Notes under the pieces: model-generated
Database searches by the model: none
What the model was told of the DNA's origin: nothing
The model's input: only the letters and a program-made list of their open reading frames with translations
Part shown: positions 24,245 to 35,102 of the stretch, in pieces
Numbering within the stretch: the first letter of the stretch is position 1
How the letters are laid out: every line of letters begins with the position of its first letter
Source: Prasinococcaceae sp. CCMP 1430
Taxonomy: Eukaryota > Plantae > Prasinodermophyta
Assembly: GCA_013416795.1 (NCBI GenBank)
Contig: RQSC01000008.1
Span: forward strand, 70,767-134,766
Reading direction: 5' to 3'
Length of the DNA stretch: 64,000 nucleotides
Made by a program: the position numbers and the translations under genes

Positions 24245-27200
24245 TCAGCCGCTCCCGCGCCTGCCCTCCTCTCTCTGGCCCCAGATGCAGCCCGCGCGCC
24301 ATCCGCGCACGCCGTCCACCGCGCTGATGGTCGCGCCGATGTCGTCGAGCTCCGTCTCACCGCCGATCTCGAAGATCATGATGCCGCACGAGTAGGCGCC
24401 ATCCTCCGAGCGCAGCTGCCTTCCCGAGTAAGACATGATCGACAGCCCCAGCTCGGAAATGGCCGTCGACATGTCCGACAGCAGGCCGTTGCGGTCGTCC
24501 ACCTCGACGGCCACCCATGCCGAGCTGTTGCTGCTGCCCTCGTGCTTGGACATGATGTCATTAATGGCAGTGTCGAACTGCTCCGGCCGCAGACCCTCCT
24601 CGCCGGCGCCGACAGCGTCGTCCTCCGCGGCGGCGGCGGCGGCCTCGGCACCGGCCTCGTCGCTGGCCTCCAGGGAAGGCGCGGCTGAGGTCGCATCGGT
24701 GGGTGCCAGGGCGGCAGACGGGAGCTTGCTCGCGAGCGCCGCCTGCACAGCAGCATCAAAGTCTGCCGCCTGCGCGGCGGCCGCTTCTGCCGCGGCCGCT
24801 GTGAGGTCTGCGATGGGCGCTGACACCGTCGGCCGCTGCTGCTGCATCTGCGCACCCGCGCCCGCTGCTTCCGCCGCCGAGGCGGTGCCGGCGAAGCCGT
24901 CCTCGGCGCCCGCCAGCGCCCCGCCGTCGTCGGCAACGGTGCCATTCTTGCTGCCGATGTCGCCGTTGCTGCCACTGTCGCCGCCGCTGGCGCCGTCGAT
25001 GCCCGTCTCCGGGAGCGTGATGTTCCCCTTGGCCGCCTCGGAGCGTATGAACTCCGTCAGCTTGTGGCGCGCCGACCGCGTGCGCGCGTGCTTGAGCCAG
25101 CCCGCGTGCGTGGCGACCATGCGCGGCGTCGCGTTGGTGTGGCGGACAATGTCCACGACGTCGGCATTCTGCAACACGTGGTCGGGCGAGACGATTGCTG
25201 AGTTCACCTTTGCGTACAGCATGGTGTTTCCCACAACCGTGTGGATATGGTAGGCGTAGTCGAGCACCGTCGCACCCTTCGGCAGGTTTTTGACGTCGCC
25301 CTTGGGCGTGAACACGAACACGCGTCTCCCGAGCAGGTCCTCCTGCACGGTTGACACGAAGTCGCGCGCGCTCATTGAGTCGAGGAACTCGCGCTGCCAC
25401 TCCCTTAGCGAGTCCAGCCAGCTCGTGTGGCGCTCCAGATCGCTCGCGGTGAGCACCACTTTGGCGTCGGCGCCGCCGGCGCTGCCGTCGCCGGCCGTTT
25501 CCCCGCCTCCGCCGCCGCCCACGCCCGAGCGAAGGCCACCCGCGGCGTACATGCGCGCAGCCTCTTTGGCTATGCCGTACTCGGCGAGCGCATGCATGGA
25601 CGCGGTGCGTATCTGTATCTCGATCGGAAAGAGGTCGTCCTTGCGGTCGGCTCCCGGGGTGAACGCGTGCGTCTCGCCCACGCCCACGCCATTGACACCC
25701 GTGTCTGCGGTACTGTCTTGCGCGCCGCCCTCGCTCTTCCCTTTCCTGGGCAAAACGGTCGTATGAAGCGATTGGTACCCGTTGGGCTTCGACATCGCGA
25801 TGTAGTCCTTGACTGCGCCCGGCACCGGCGCCCACATGGAATGGATGAGGCCCATCGTGTGGTAACAGATCTGTCGCTCCGTTTGCTGCGCTTTTTGGAG
25901 CTCGCTCACGGTGGCGCGAGGCCCCAGCGCGCCCGATGGCATGGCGAACTTGGGCGTGAGCACCACGCGCACCTGAGCCACGTTGCGAACCTCGCGCATG
26001 ACGGCCTCGAGCGCCTCCTCTGACAATGGCTCGTCGCCACACACAGCGTCGAGCAAGACGGGCAGGCTGGCGCTGCGCGCCTCCCCGCCGCCTCGGCCAT
26101 AAGAGCCCACGCCGCCGAGAGTGGCCCTCGCTCCATTGATGCGACCGGTGCCTGCCGACGCGCCAGCCGACGCGCCCGATACCACGTCGCCGTTGCCCAT
26201 CAATGCATCGCTCTCGCGCTCGGAGGCCGCGACCAGGGCGCGCTCGAACACGTCGTACGCGGGCATCTGGTCAAGTATGATCTGCGGCGTACCCGTCATC
26301 ATAATCAGGTACTGATCGTCATCGAACGCGTCCCTGAGGGCGTCGCGCGCGCGCAGCACTCCCTCCTCCTGAGTCTTCGCCAGCGCGTCGAGCCTGCGCT
26401 GCGTGGCCGCGTACGCGTCCGGGGCCGAGTGCATGAAGCAGAGCTCCTCTAGCTCCGCCTTGATGTTGTGCATGCCGAGCAGCTTGGCGAGCGGTGCGAA
26501 CACGAGCAGCGTCTCGCGCGCGATGCGCCTGCGCTTGTCCGGGCGCAGGGCGCCGAGTGTGCGCATGTTGTGCAGCCTGTCGGCCAGCTTCACGATGATC
26601 ACGCGCACCTCCTCCGTCATCGCAATGAACATCTGCTGCAGGTCGCCCGCCTTGACGTCCTCTTTGCCCTCGCCGCCTGCCACGGCGAAGCTCTTGATCT
26701 TGGATACCTTCGTCTCGCCCTCCACGATGGCGCGCACGGCGGCGTTGTAGCGCTTCTCGACGAGCTCGAAGGTGACCATGTCGGTGTCCTCCACCGTGTC
26801 GTGCAGGAGGCCCGCCACGACGCTGTCCACGTCCATACCCTGATCGGCCAGGATCTGCGAGACCGCCACCGGATGGATGATGTAAGGCTCGCCGCTCTTG
26901 CGGAACTGCGTCGAGTGCGCCTGGAACGCCAACACGAGCGCATCGGCCACCACGCCGATCTCGTCGTATGTGAGGTGATCAAGCGACGGGCCCAGCTCTG
27001 CCATAAGCGACAGCGGGCTCACGCGCACGCCGCCGCCGCACAGCGGGAAATCGGCGTCGCCGTAGCCGAGCTCGTCGGCAGCGACGACGACGGCGCGCAG
27101 CGACACGGCGGTGCACTCGCCTGCGCCGACTGGTCCCGCAGGGGCGTCCGACTGGGCGTCCTTAGGGGCGTCGGTCGCAACCCCGCGGCCCACCTCGTCC

Positions 27201-27390
27201 GCACTTGCGGCGAGGACGCCACTGTCGCCGCCGCCGATGCCACTGGCACCCGCCTGCAGCGCCTCGCCGCCGCCGCCATCCTCCTCGGCGGCAGCATCCG
27301 AGCCCGAGCTTGCCGCCACAGACCGCGGGACGCACCGCATGGGCGTGCGCGCGGGCGTGCTCGCCGCACGCCGCGCGCATCGCGCGCGGG
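24245..27390 (-). CDS. RSH1: RelA/SpoT homolog, plant RSH1 clade (HD-SYN-TGS-ACT); intact hydrolase, degenerate synthetase; 5' end in gap
   Basis: RKSGEPYIIHPVAV, GLLHDTVEDT, VIIVKLADRLHNMRTL. TGS VFVFTPKGDVKNLPKGATVLDYAYHIH. ACT AWVAVEVDDRNGLLSDMS. The Syn1 region reads IILDQMPAYDVFE with no GRxK. Confidence 0.93.
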
Positions 27391-28060
27391 NNNNNNNNNN
27401 NNNNNNNNNNNNNNNNNNNNNNNNNNNNNNNNNNNNNNNNNNNNNNNNNNNNNNNNNNNNNNNNNNNNNNNNNNNNNNNNNNNNNNNNNNNNNNNNNNNN
27501 NNNNNNNNNNNNNNNNNNNNNNNNNNNNNNNNNNNNNNNNNNNNNNNNNNNNNNNNNNNNNNNNNNNNNNNNNNNNNNNNNNNNNNNNNNNNNNNNNNNN
27601 NNNNNNNNNNNNNNNNNNNNNNNNNNNNNNNNNNNNNNNNNNNNNNNNNNNNNNNNNNNNNNNNNNNNNNNNNNNNNNNNNNNNNNNNNNNNNNNNNNNN
27701 NNNNNNNNNNNNNNNNNNNNNNNNNNNNNNNNNNNNNNNNNNNNNNNNNNNNNNNNNNNNNNNNNNNNNNNNNNNNNNNNNNNNNNNNNNNNNNNNNNNN
27801 NNNNNNNNNNNNNNNNNNNNNNNNNNNNNNNNNNNNNNNNNNNNNNNNNNNNNNNNNNNNNNNNNNNNNNNNNNNNNNNNNNNNNNNNNNNNNNNNNNNN
27901 NNNNNNNNNNNNNNNNNNNNNNNNNNNNNNNNNNNNNNNNNNNNNNNNNNNNNNNNNNNNNNNNNNNNNNNNNNNNNNNNNNNNNNNNNNNNNNNNNNNN
28001 NNNNNNNNNNNNNNNNNNNNNNNNNNNNNNNNNNNNNNNNNNNNNNNNNNNNNNNNNNNN
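27391..28060. other. Assembly gap (N run) hiding the RSH1 5' end
   Basis: 670 Ns. Confidence 1.
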
Positions 28061-28503
28061 AAAAAAAAAAAAACGCTCCGGCCCCGCGCAAAAAAATCTC
28101 GCCCTGTCTGTTGCGGGTGCGGCCCGCGCCTGCGACACCACATCACATCACATCGCACCTGGCATATTCATATTGATAGCACCAACCAACGAGGCTAGGC
28201 GGCCGTCGCCACTTTTGACTTCTTTTTCAATGCTCGGTCTCCGCGGCGTTCCGCCCCGCGCCGATCCCGAGGGCGCGGGCGCGCGCCCGGCCGGGGCGAT
28301 ACGTCGTCCGCGGCCGCAATCAGTTCGAAACCGATTCGAACTCGGCGCGTGCGAGCGGCGCGCAGCAGGCGCAGGCAGGCGGGCGGGCGGCCGGCGCGCC
28401 GAGGGAGCGAGCGAGGAGGGTGGCGGGGGACGCCACACGGCGACCGGTCCCCTCCCCCGACACACCACCCCTTGACCCCCCCCCAAGCCAACCCGCCGCT
28501 GCC

Positions 28504-29592
28504 ATGGGCGGCAGTGGCGGCGGCGGGGGCGGGGGAGGCGGGCGCGATCCCGAGATGCGGACGGTGTTCCTCGGATTCGTGCTGACGTGTGCGCTGGCGG
28601 GGGGGCTCGCGGTGACGCGGTCGGCGCCGCATGCGGCGGGGGGAAGCGGCTGGGCGAAGGGGGCAACGGCGGGACAGGTGGCGGGCGAGTTGGGCCGGGC
28701 GGTGGGCATCACGACGGGCGCCGCGCGTCTAGTCACCGCCCAGCAGCTCGCCAAGATGAGCTGCGCGGCGGCGATGGCGTCTGAGGAGACCGACAGGGGC
28801 GCAGGAGGCGGGGAGAACGCCACGAAAGTTGGAGTCATCGGCCTGCGCCAGAGCGGCGCTGGTCCTGTCGCGTCGATGCTATCCTCGATGGTCGGTGAGG
28901 GAGGCACGTACTCGCCCGCGAAGAACAAGCGCATCACAAAGCTGCTGGTGAAAGGGAAGGACTTCGCTGCGCTGCAGTCGCTCAAGCCATTCACAGTGTT
29001 GGCGGACGCACCCATCGCGGGCGCGGGCATTGCCCCGACACAGGCGTTGTCGACCACCGGTGCTGGGCCGGCCACGATTGCGGCCCCTTTCTATCAGAAG
29101 CTCGCGCGCCACTTCCCAACAGCGCGATTCATTCTCACCGAGCGAGCGCCGGCCGAGTGGTGGCCCGACGTGTGGCGGCGGACGTCGTGCACGCACCCGC
29201 GCACGAAGCAGGGTACGATCGCGCAGCTAGGCGCGACGAGCTTCGAAAAGGGTGATATGGTGCGCGCGTACGCGCAGTACAACGCCGAGGTGAAGCGGTT
29301 TTTCGCCTCGGTCCTCCGCCAGCCCGAACGCCTGCTCGTTATCGACGTTGGCTTCGACAGCGCGACCTTGGGCGCCGCGGAGAGGAGAGCGCACGGCGAG
29401 GAACCATGGGCGTGTTTGTGCGCATTTGCCGGCATACCAGCCAGCGCGTGCACCACAGACGTGGCGCTCCCGGTCGGAAACGAGGCCAGCGGCGCGATGC
29501 AATCGACACTCACGAAACACAGGGTGCCTCCTGGGTGCGCGGCAGCGGCGGCCAATGGCACGCACGCGCCGTCTGGAAAGGGCACCGTGTAA
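28504..29592 (+). CDS. Membrane-anchored sulfotransferase-fold (Sulfotransfer_4-like P-loop) protein
   Basis: N-terminal TM segment TVFLGFVLTCALAGGLAV; KVGVIGLRQSG; FPTARFILTERAPAEWW; YAQYNAEVKRFF..PERLLVIDV; PWACLCAFAGIP. Confidence 0.68.
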   Translation: MGGSGGGGGGGGGRDPEMRTVFLGFVLTCALAGGLAVTRSAPHAAGGSGWAKGATAGQVAGELGRAVGITTGAARLVTAQQLAKMSCAAAMASEETDRGAGGGENATKVGVIGLRQSGAGPVASMLSSMVGEGGTYSPAKNKRITKLLVKGKDFAALQSLKPFTVLADAPIAGAGIAPTQALSTTGAGPATIAAPFYQKLARHFPTARFILTERAPAEWWPDVWRRTSCTHPRTKQGTIAQLGATSFEKGDMVRAYAQYNAEVKRFFASVLRQPERLLVIDVGFDSATLGAAERRAHGEEPWACLCAFAGIPASACTTDVALPVGNEASGAMQSTLTKHRVPPGCAAAAANGTHAPSGKGTV

Positions 29593-29798
29593 AATGTGTA
29601 CAATACCTGAACCACCACAGAAGCCGCAGCAGCGGGATTGAAAGCGGCGGTGCGCTCGTCGTCCGCCATTGCTCGCGCGCGCGCGCCAGTGCGCATCGAC
29701 GACAAACGCCCCCATGCGCGAAGCACGTGCGCGACGAGATTTTGAGCGCATGTGAGAGGTGTGGTAATGTACACGCGCCTCTTACGGACTCGCCAGCT

Positions 29799-30612
29799 CT
29801 AGGCGCTGCCCGCTAGAAGCGCGGCGATCTCGTCTTCCTGGAGTTCCTCGTCGAATGCCCTGAGGACGTGTGCGATATCCTCCAGGTCGTCCTCGCCGAA
29901 CTGTTGCGCGTCGCCCTCCTCGTTTCCCAGCAGCAGCAGCTCGCGCAGCAACGCCATGAGCGCGCTCGCGCGCTGGCCCTTGGAAGGCGGCCGCTCCTCC
30001 GACGCCGAGCGCACGCTGGGGTCCGTGCGCAGCTGCTCGAACACCTCGACCTGCGATTGGGATCCACGCGCGGGCGCGCAAACGGCCACCGTGCGCACGT
30101 GTCAGTCCCCCAGCCCATCAGTACGCGCACGCCATTCGAAGAGCAAGCACACAGGGCGCACCGCGCGCGCGTCAGCGGTGGTCGGCACCTCGCACCTCGT
30201 ACTCGAGGTCCCTCTGCACGCTGAGCCTGCGTATGGCGATGAGACCCTCCTGCTGCATGTCGATGCTGAGCCGGTTGAGAGCTGGCAGCGCGGCGCCGTT
30301 GGCTGCGGCCCACATGCAGAAAAGCACGAAGCGCGCGTCGGCGCGGGCGGCGCCACGCCGGCTGCGCAACCGCATGAGCGCGCTGCTAAAGGCCTTCGGG
30401 GCAGCCTCGTACACCGCGCGCGAATACTCTTGGTAGCCCACATCGCGCGTCTTGAGGCCCTCCGGCGACAGCAGCGCGCGCACCACGCCCACGATCGGCA
30501 AGCCTTCCAGCACTTTGTCGACGAAGTTGGCCTTCGGCCTGTCTGCCGCGCGAGCGAGCGCCCTGCGCACGCGCTGCCGCGCCGCAGCAGGCCGCGCGAG
30601 CGCGGCCGCGCA
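29799..30612 (-). CDS. PSA3: Photosystem I assembly factor PSA3-like, 2 exons; 5' end in the N run 30613-30618
   Basis: FVDKVLEGLPIVG, FVLFCMWAAANGAAL and EGLIAIRRLSVQRDLEYE resemble plant PSA3 as I recall it (LPLVG, VLLCCWLAAVGAGL, EGVARLRISNDIEFE). Intron 30051-30195 keeps frame. Confidence 0.72.
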
Positions 30613-30669
30613 NNNNNNCGCGCGCTGAGCGCGGCGTGCGCGGGCCTGGTGGCGGCCCGAGCGTGGGCG

Positions 30670-32876
30670 ATGGACGGGCCGCCGCCGCCGCCGCCGCTGC
30701 CACCGCACTCGGGCGGTGAGGGGCACCAGCAGTCGGAGGCCGAGCTGGAGCTCGACTGTGCGCCGCTCGAGCTGTCCCTCGATCCCGCGGGCGATGACGA
30801 CGACGAGGAGGAGGCGCGCCGGCTCGGCGCAGGAGATGTGGGTGACGAGCGCTCCACCGAGTGGTTTGCGCCATCGCAGCAGGAAGCGCCTGCGCCCCAG
30901 CGGGACCCGCCGCAGCAGCCGCAGCGGGAGCCGCAGCAGGAGCAGCAGCCTGAACAGCCGTCGCAGCAGTCGCAAGAGTGGAAGACCTACGCGACGGTCT
31001 TCACCAACCAGAAGGCTGGCATGGATGATATGGTGCACAGCAAGGAGCACATTCAGCGCACTGTGTACGAGATGAGCAAGAACAGCGCCCACTTCAAAAA
31101 CGAGCGCCGCAAGGAGGCGGCCGCGGATGAGCGCTCCGCGCGAATGCGCTCGCGGCTGGTGGCGGCGCCCCAGGCTGCTGTGGACGCAGCGCGGCGGCGC
31201 GCCGACGCAGCGCTCTCGCGGCTAGAGCAGCAGCGATACTCGGGCGGCGGCGACGTGGAGCGAGCGAGAGCGTGGTGTTTGTTCGACATCGACCAGTTCT
31301 TCTTCGCGGTGCATGCTCTCAGGGACCCTTCGCTGCACGCCGTGCCCGTCGGCGTGGGCGGCATCGGCATGCTGTCAACTGCCAACTATGCCGCACGCAA
31401 GTACGGTGTGCGCGCGGCCATGCCCGGCTTCATCGCCCTGGCACTGTGCCCGCAGCTGAAATTTGTCGCATCCGACTTCCCAGAGTACACACGCGTGTCC
31501 CGGCTGTTCCGTGACGCACTGCGTGAATTCGACCCAGACGGGACGGCGTACCAGGCTGGGCTGGATGAATGCTACGTCGACCTTACTGCCGCCGCCGCGG
31601 CGAGGGGCGAGTCGCCGGCGGAGACGGCCGCCGCTGCGCGCGCCGCGGTAAAGGCTGCAACGGGCATTACAGTGTCCGCAGGGATCGCACCGAGGTGAGC
31701 TGGCGCTCGTATGTGCGCAGCACATGCGCGTGCCCGCGCGCGTGCGTGCCCGCGTGCGTGTGCGTGTGCGTCGCGCGTACACACACGCGCGCGCAGCCGC
31801 ACGTGCGCACGCTAGCGTGGAGCGGTGGCAACGCATGGCTGCGCGCCACGTGGCTGATGCGAAGCGCTCTATGCCGCAGCCGTGCGCTGGCGAAGGTGTG
31901 CAGCGATATCAACAAGCCAGACGGGCAGTTCGTGCTGCCTCCAGAACGCGACGCGGTGATGAGTTTCACGCGCGCCCTGCCGCTACGAAAAATTGGAGGC
32001 ATCGGGCGCATGGCCGAGCGCTCGCTGCGCTCGGCTCTCGGCGTCGGCGCATGCGGCGAGCTTTTCGAGAAACGTGGAGAACTCATGCTCTTGCAGGACT
32101 TCTGGCAGTCGTCCGTGCCCTTCTACCTTCGCGTCATGAATGGTTGCTTCGACGACTCGCCACCAGCGCGTGACGGTAGAGGGCGCAAGGGCATGAGCGA
32201 GGAGCGCACCTTTCGTGCTACCTCCGATATTGCAGTGCTGGGGCCAAGACTCGACGAAATTGCGTCCCACCTGGCGAAACGGCTGGTCGACGAGGACCTG
32301 CAACGCAAGGTGGGCACTCTCACGCTCAAGGTGAAATGGAATGACTACGTTGTGAGACAGTCGTCACTCGCTCCTCCTGCCCCTCCCGCCAAGGCGCAGA
32401 GCATGGGCGCTTCGTGTGGAGAAGACGCCGAGGAGGCGAAAGCTGGGCGATTCGCGGAGCGCGAGCGCGCGTGGCTCCAAGAGGCCCTCGCAATGGCTGC
32501 GCTGCAGATGCTAAGAGAGCACGCGCGAGTCAAGCCGATCCGGCTGCTCGGACTACGGGCGTCGGGCTTCGAGGCAGGCAAGGCGGCGGCGCTTGCCACA
32601 GGCCAGCAGACGCTCGAGCAGGCCATCGCCGCTGCCGCGCAGCAGCAACCCACCCTCGCGGCCACCCCAGGCGCCGGCAGCGGCGCGGGGGCCCAACAGT
32701 CGCAGGAGATCGATCTGGACGCGGTGGACGTGTCCGAACAGGAGAACATCCTCCGACAGATAGAGCAGCAGCAGCTGCAGCGCGGCAAGCGCGCTCCCAG
32801 CGGCGCCAAGGGTACTGCGAAGCGCGCGAAAGGCCAGAAGTCACTGCAGGCCTTTTTTGGCAAGCGCAGCGCCTGA
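30670..32876 (+). CDS. POLK: DNA polymerase kappa (Y family, DinB), 2 exons
   Basis: NQKAGMD..IQRTVYEMSKNSAHFKNE (N-clasp), FDIDQFFFAV, STANYAARKYGVRAAMPGFIA, GLDECYVDLT, SAGIAPS|RALAKVCSDINKPDGQ. Intron 31695-31879. C-terminal PIP box QKSLQAFF. Confidence 0.93.
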
Positions 32877-32982
32877 GAAGGCGCTCGCGCGTGGGGGCGC
32901 GCGCGTAAGTATTGTATAGTGTGTGACACAGAAGAATATCGCGCCCTCCGACGCCGCGTCGGCCGCAGCGTGATCAGCCCTG

Positions 32983-34269
32983 CTAATCGTCGAAAGTCGC
33001 CTCGGCATCCAAAAAGACCTCCTCGGGGGCGACGCCGACGCCGACGTCCGTCGCATTCGCGTAGCCCGCGTTGGCACCTCCCCCCGCGCCGCCCTCCGTT
33101 TGTACCCCGTCTACCAGGCCATCCACTGCCTTGAAGCGCTTCGTGAAGAAGCCCATGAACTGCTCCTCGTAGTCCGTGGGTGGCACAGTCGAGATGGGCT
33201 TGGGCGCAAAAAGTTTCTTGATGATGTGCGCCGTGCGCTTCTTTGACGTCCAGCGCTGCAGGAAGTCGATGACGCCAAAGTACATGATGGTGGCCTTGTC
33301 GCCATCGACCACCACCAGCGGCGGCGCGTGCAGATCGCCATCGCCGGGTACGCGAGCGTCCTCGCGTGCGCGCGCGGCACTCGTCTGGCGCACAGCAATG
33401 ATGAGCGAGTAGTCCATGAGTTCCAACGAGCGCATGAGCGTGGCGTCGCCTTGGAGCGTGCCCAGCGTGCGTGTGCGCTGCTGCGCGCTCATGCGATGGA
33501 CGTCGTTGAAGGCGGTCGTCTTGCCGCGTTTGTAGCGCTTTCGAAGGTCGTCCACCGCGCAACCACCCATGCAGCCCTCGCTGGCCATCCAGGGCACGTT
33601 CCAACAGCGCTTGTGCACCTGTTCGACCTCCTCGCCATCGAGCACCATCAGTTTGTCGTCGGCGGTCCCCTTGAGGTCGTACACCTTGTGCCAGCCGCCC
33701 TCGCCCTCCGCCGACTTGTCAGCGGGCAGACAATTACCCATCGCCACGTACGTTTTGCCGTCTTTCGCACGCACGAAGAGCGCGAGGAAGCGGCAGATGA
33801 AAGACGGGCGCGTGGTCATATGCTCCACGTAAGCCGCCTGGAAGTCAGCCGCGCGGATGGTCTCCTCGTCCTCGCCGCACACCTCCTTCACGAAGAAGTG
33901 CCGGCATGCGGTGCGCGCTATCAGCTGACCACCCTTGCCGCCACTCGGCGCGAGCGCTTTGAAGCTGAACGCATCCCCTGCAAGGAAGTCGTCCGGGACG
34001 CCGAAATGCCGGCGCAGCTGTACCAATGCATGCGCCAGGTCGCACGCACGGGTCGGAGCGGAGCGCGCAGGCGCGCAGGAGAGATCGAGCGATCCGGACG
34101 GAGACGCCGCGGTACCAGCGTGCGCACGCGCGGGCGCCAGCGTCAGTTTTCGGCGTGCTCGTGCGCCGGTGGCGCCGGGGCGCTTTCGCGCGCGCGTCCG
34201 CACCTGCGAGAAGCACGCGTCATCCACCGTCTTGCAAGCCTCGCCGCCCACGTCGAGCTCCCGCGCCAT
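32983..34269 (-). CDS. Minimal phosphatidylinositol-phosphate kinase (PIPK core only), 2 exons
   Basis: LRRHFGV, GGKGG..FFVKEV, FICRFLAL, KVYDLKG, MDYSLII, YFGVIDFLQRW, ISTVPPTDYEEQFMGF. Intron 34018-34203. Confidence 0.88.
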   Translation of the reverse strand: MARELDVGGEACKTVDDACFSQVRTRARKRPGATGARARRKLTLAPARAHAGTAASPSGSLDLSCAPARSAPTRACDLAHALVQLRRHFGVPDDFLAGDAFSFKALAPSGGKGGQLIARTACRHFFVKEVCGEDEETIRAADFQAAYVEHMTTRPSFICRFLALFVRAKDGKTYVAMGNCLPADKSAEGEGGWHKVYDLKGTADDKLMVLDGEEVEQVHKRCWNVPWMASEGCMGGCAVDDLRKRYKRGKTTAFNDVHRMSAQQRTRTLGTLQGDATLMRSLELMDYSLIIAVRQTSAARAREDARVPGDGDLHAPPLVVVDGDKATIMYFGVIDFLQRWTSKKRTAHIIKKLFAPKPISTVPPTDYEEQFMGFFTKRFKAVDGLVDGVQTEGGAGGGANAGYANATDVGVGVAPEEVFLDAEATFDD

Positions 34270-34716
34270 GGCGCACCGCGCCGCTTCCCTCTCCCACGCC
34301 CGACCCTCCCCCCCCCCGCGCCGCGCGATTGCCACGCGCTTGCAGGCCGACGCTGGGCAGGCAGGGCGCGGGTGCTTCGATCGGGCGTCCCGCGGCCTCG
34401 CCTCGCTTCCCTTTCCAATGCCCGCCACCGCCTCCCCTCCCCCGGTGAGCGCGCGCCGCGCGCTCTGTGGCCGCCCCTCGCACCATGCCGCGGGTGTTCG
34501 CCGATCCGGCCGGGGCTCGCGCGCCGCATTCGAACTGGGCCCTCAATCAAATATTAACCCTACCACGCCTTTACCCTAAATCGGCCCCAGCTCTACAAGA
34601 CAACGCGTAACCTTAATCAGAGCGGACGTGTCCGCAAGAGGGTGGGGCGCGCACGGCACCCGGAAGGCATCTCCGGTACCCGCAGGGTATCAGGGTCTGA
34701 ATAAGATACCTTGTGA

Positions 34717-34833
34717 ATGATATTTGATGGTGCATTCATGGCACGTCGCGTTTGGGTTCGAAGCGCAGGATGATATTTGATGGTGGATTCATTGCATATC
34801 GGGTTTGGGTTCGGAGCGTCTCGAAGCCGCAGG
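34717..34833. repeat. Imperfect tandem duplication, period 53 bp, upstream of the PIP kinase
   Basis: ATGATATTTGATGGTGCATTCATGGCACGTCGCGTTTGGGTTCG at 34717 and ATGATATTTGATGGTGGATTCATTGCATATCGGGTTTGGGTTCG at 34770. Confidence 0.9.
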
Positions 34834-35102
34834 AGGAAACATCAAAGATGTCATCCGCGCGTGCGCACGCGCGCCCCGTTGGCGCCTCTAGCTAGTAGAC
34901 CTCCCATGTAGTCTGTCCTTGAGACAAAGTTTTAGAGCATATCATCTGTACAACTCTGGGTGACGCGTCTCACGCGCTACGTCTGCCAAAAGCGACGTCC
35001 CTGGGCTCTGTTCGGCGAGGTGGAGCATGGGTCGGTCGGTGAGTAAGGGAGGGGAGGGGGGAGGTACTAGCTCCAGAGACGGCAGCTCTTGGGTCACAGT
35101 GT

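Noticed and set aside
18999-27390. Bacterial contig or recent bacterial transfer of relA/spoT
   Set aside because: Neighbouring genes have spliceosomal introns, and both proteins show plant RSH1 and RSH2/3 clade signatures and transit-like leaders.
30601-30670. PSA3 and Pol kappa starts apparently only about 60 bp apart
   Set aside because: The six Ns at 30613-30618 almost certainly stand for a longer missing promoter and the PSA3 N-terminus.
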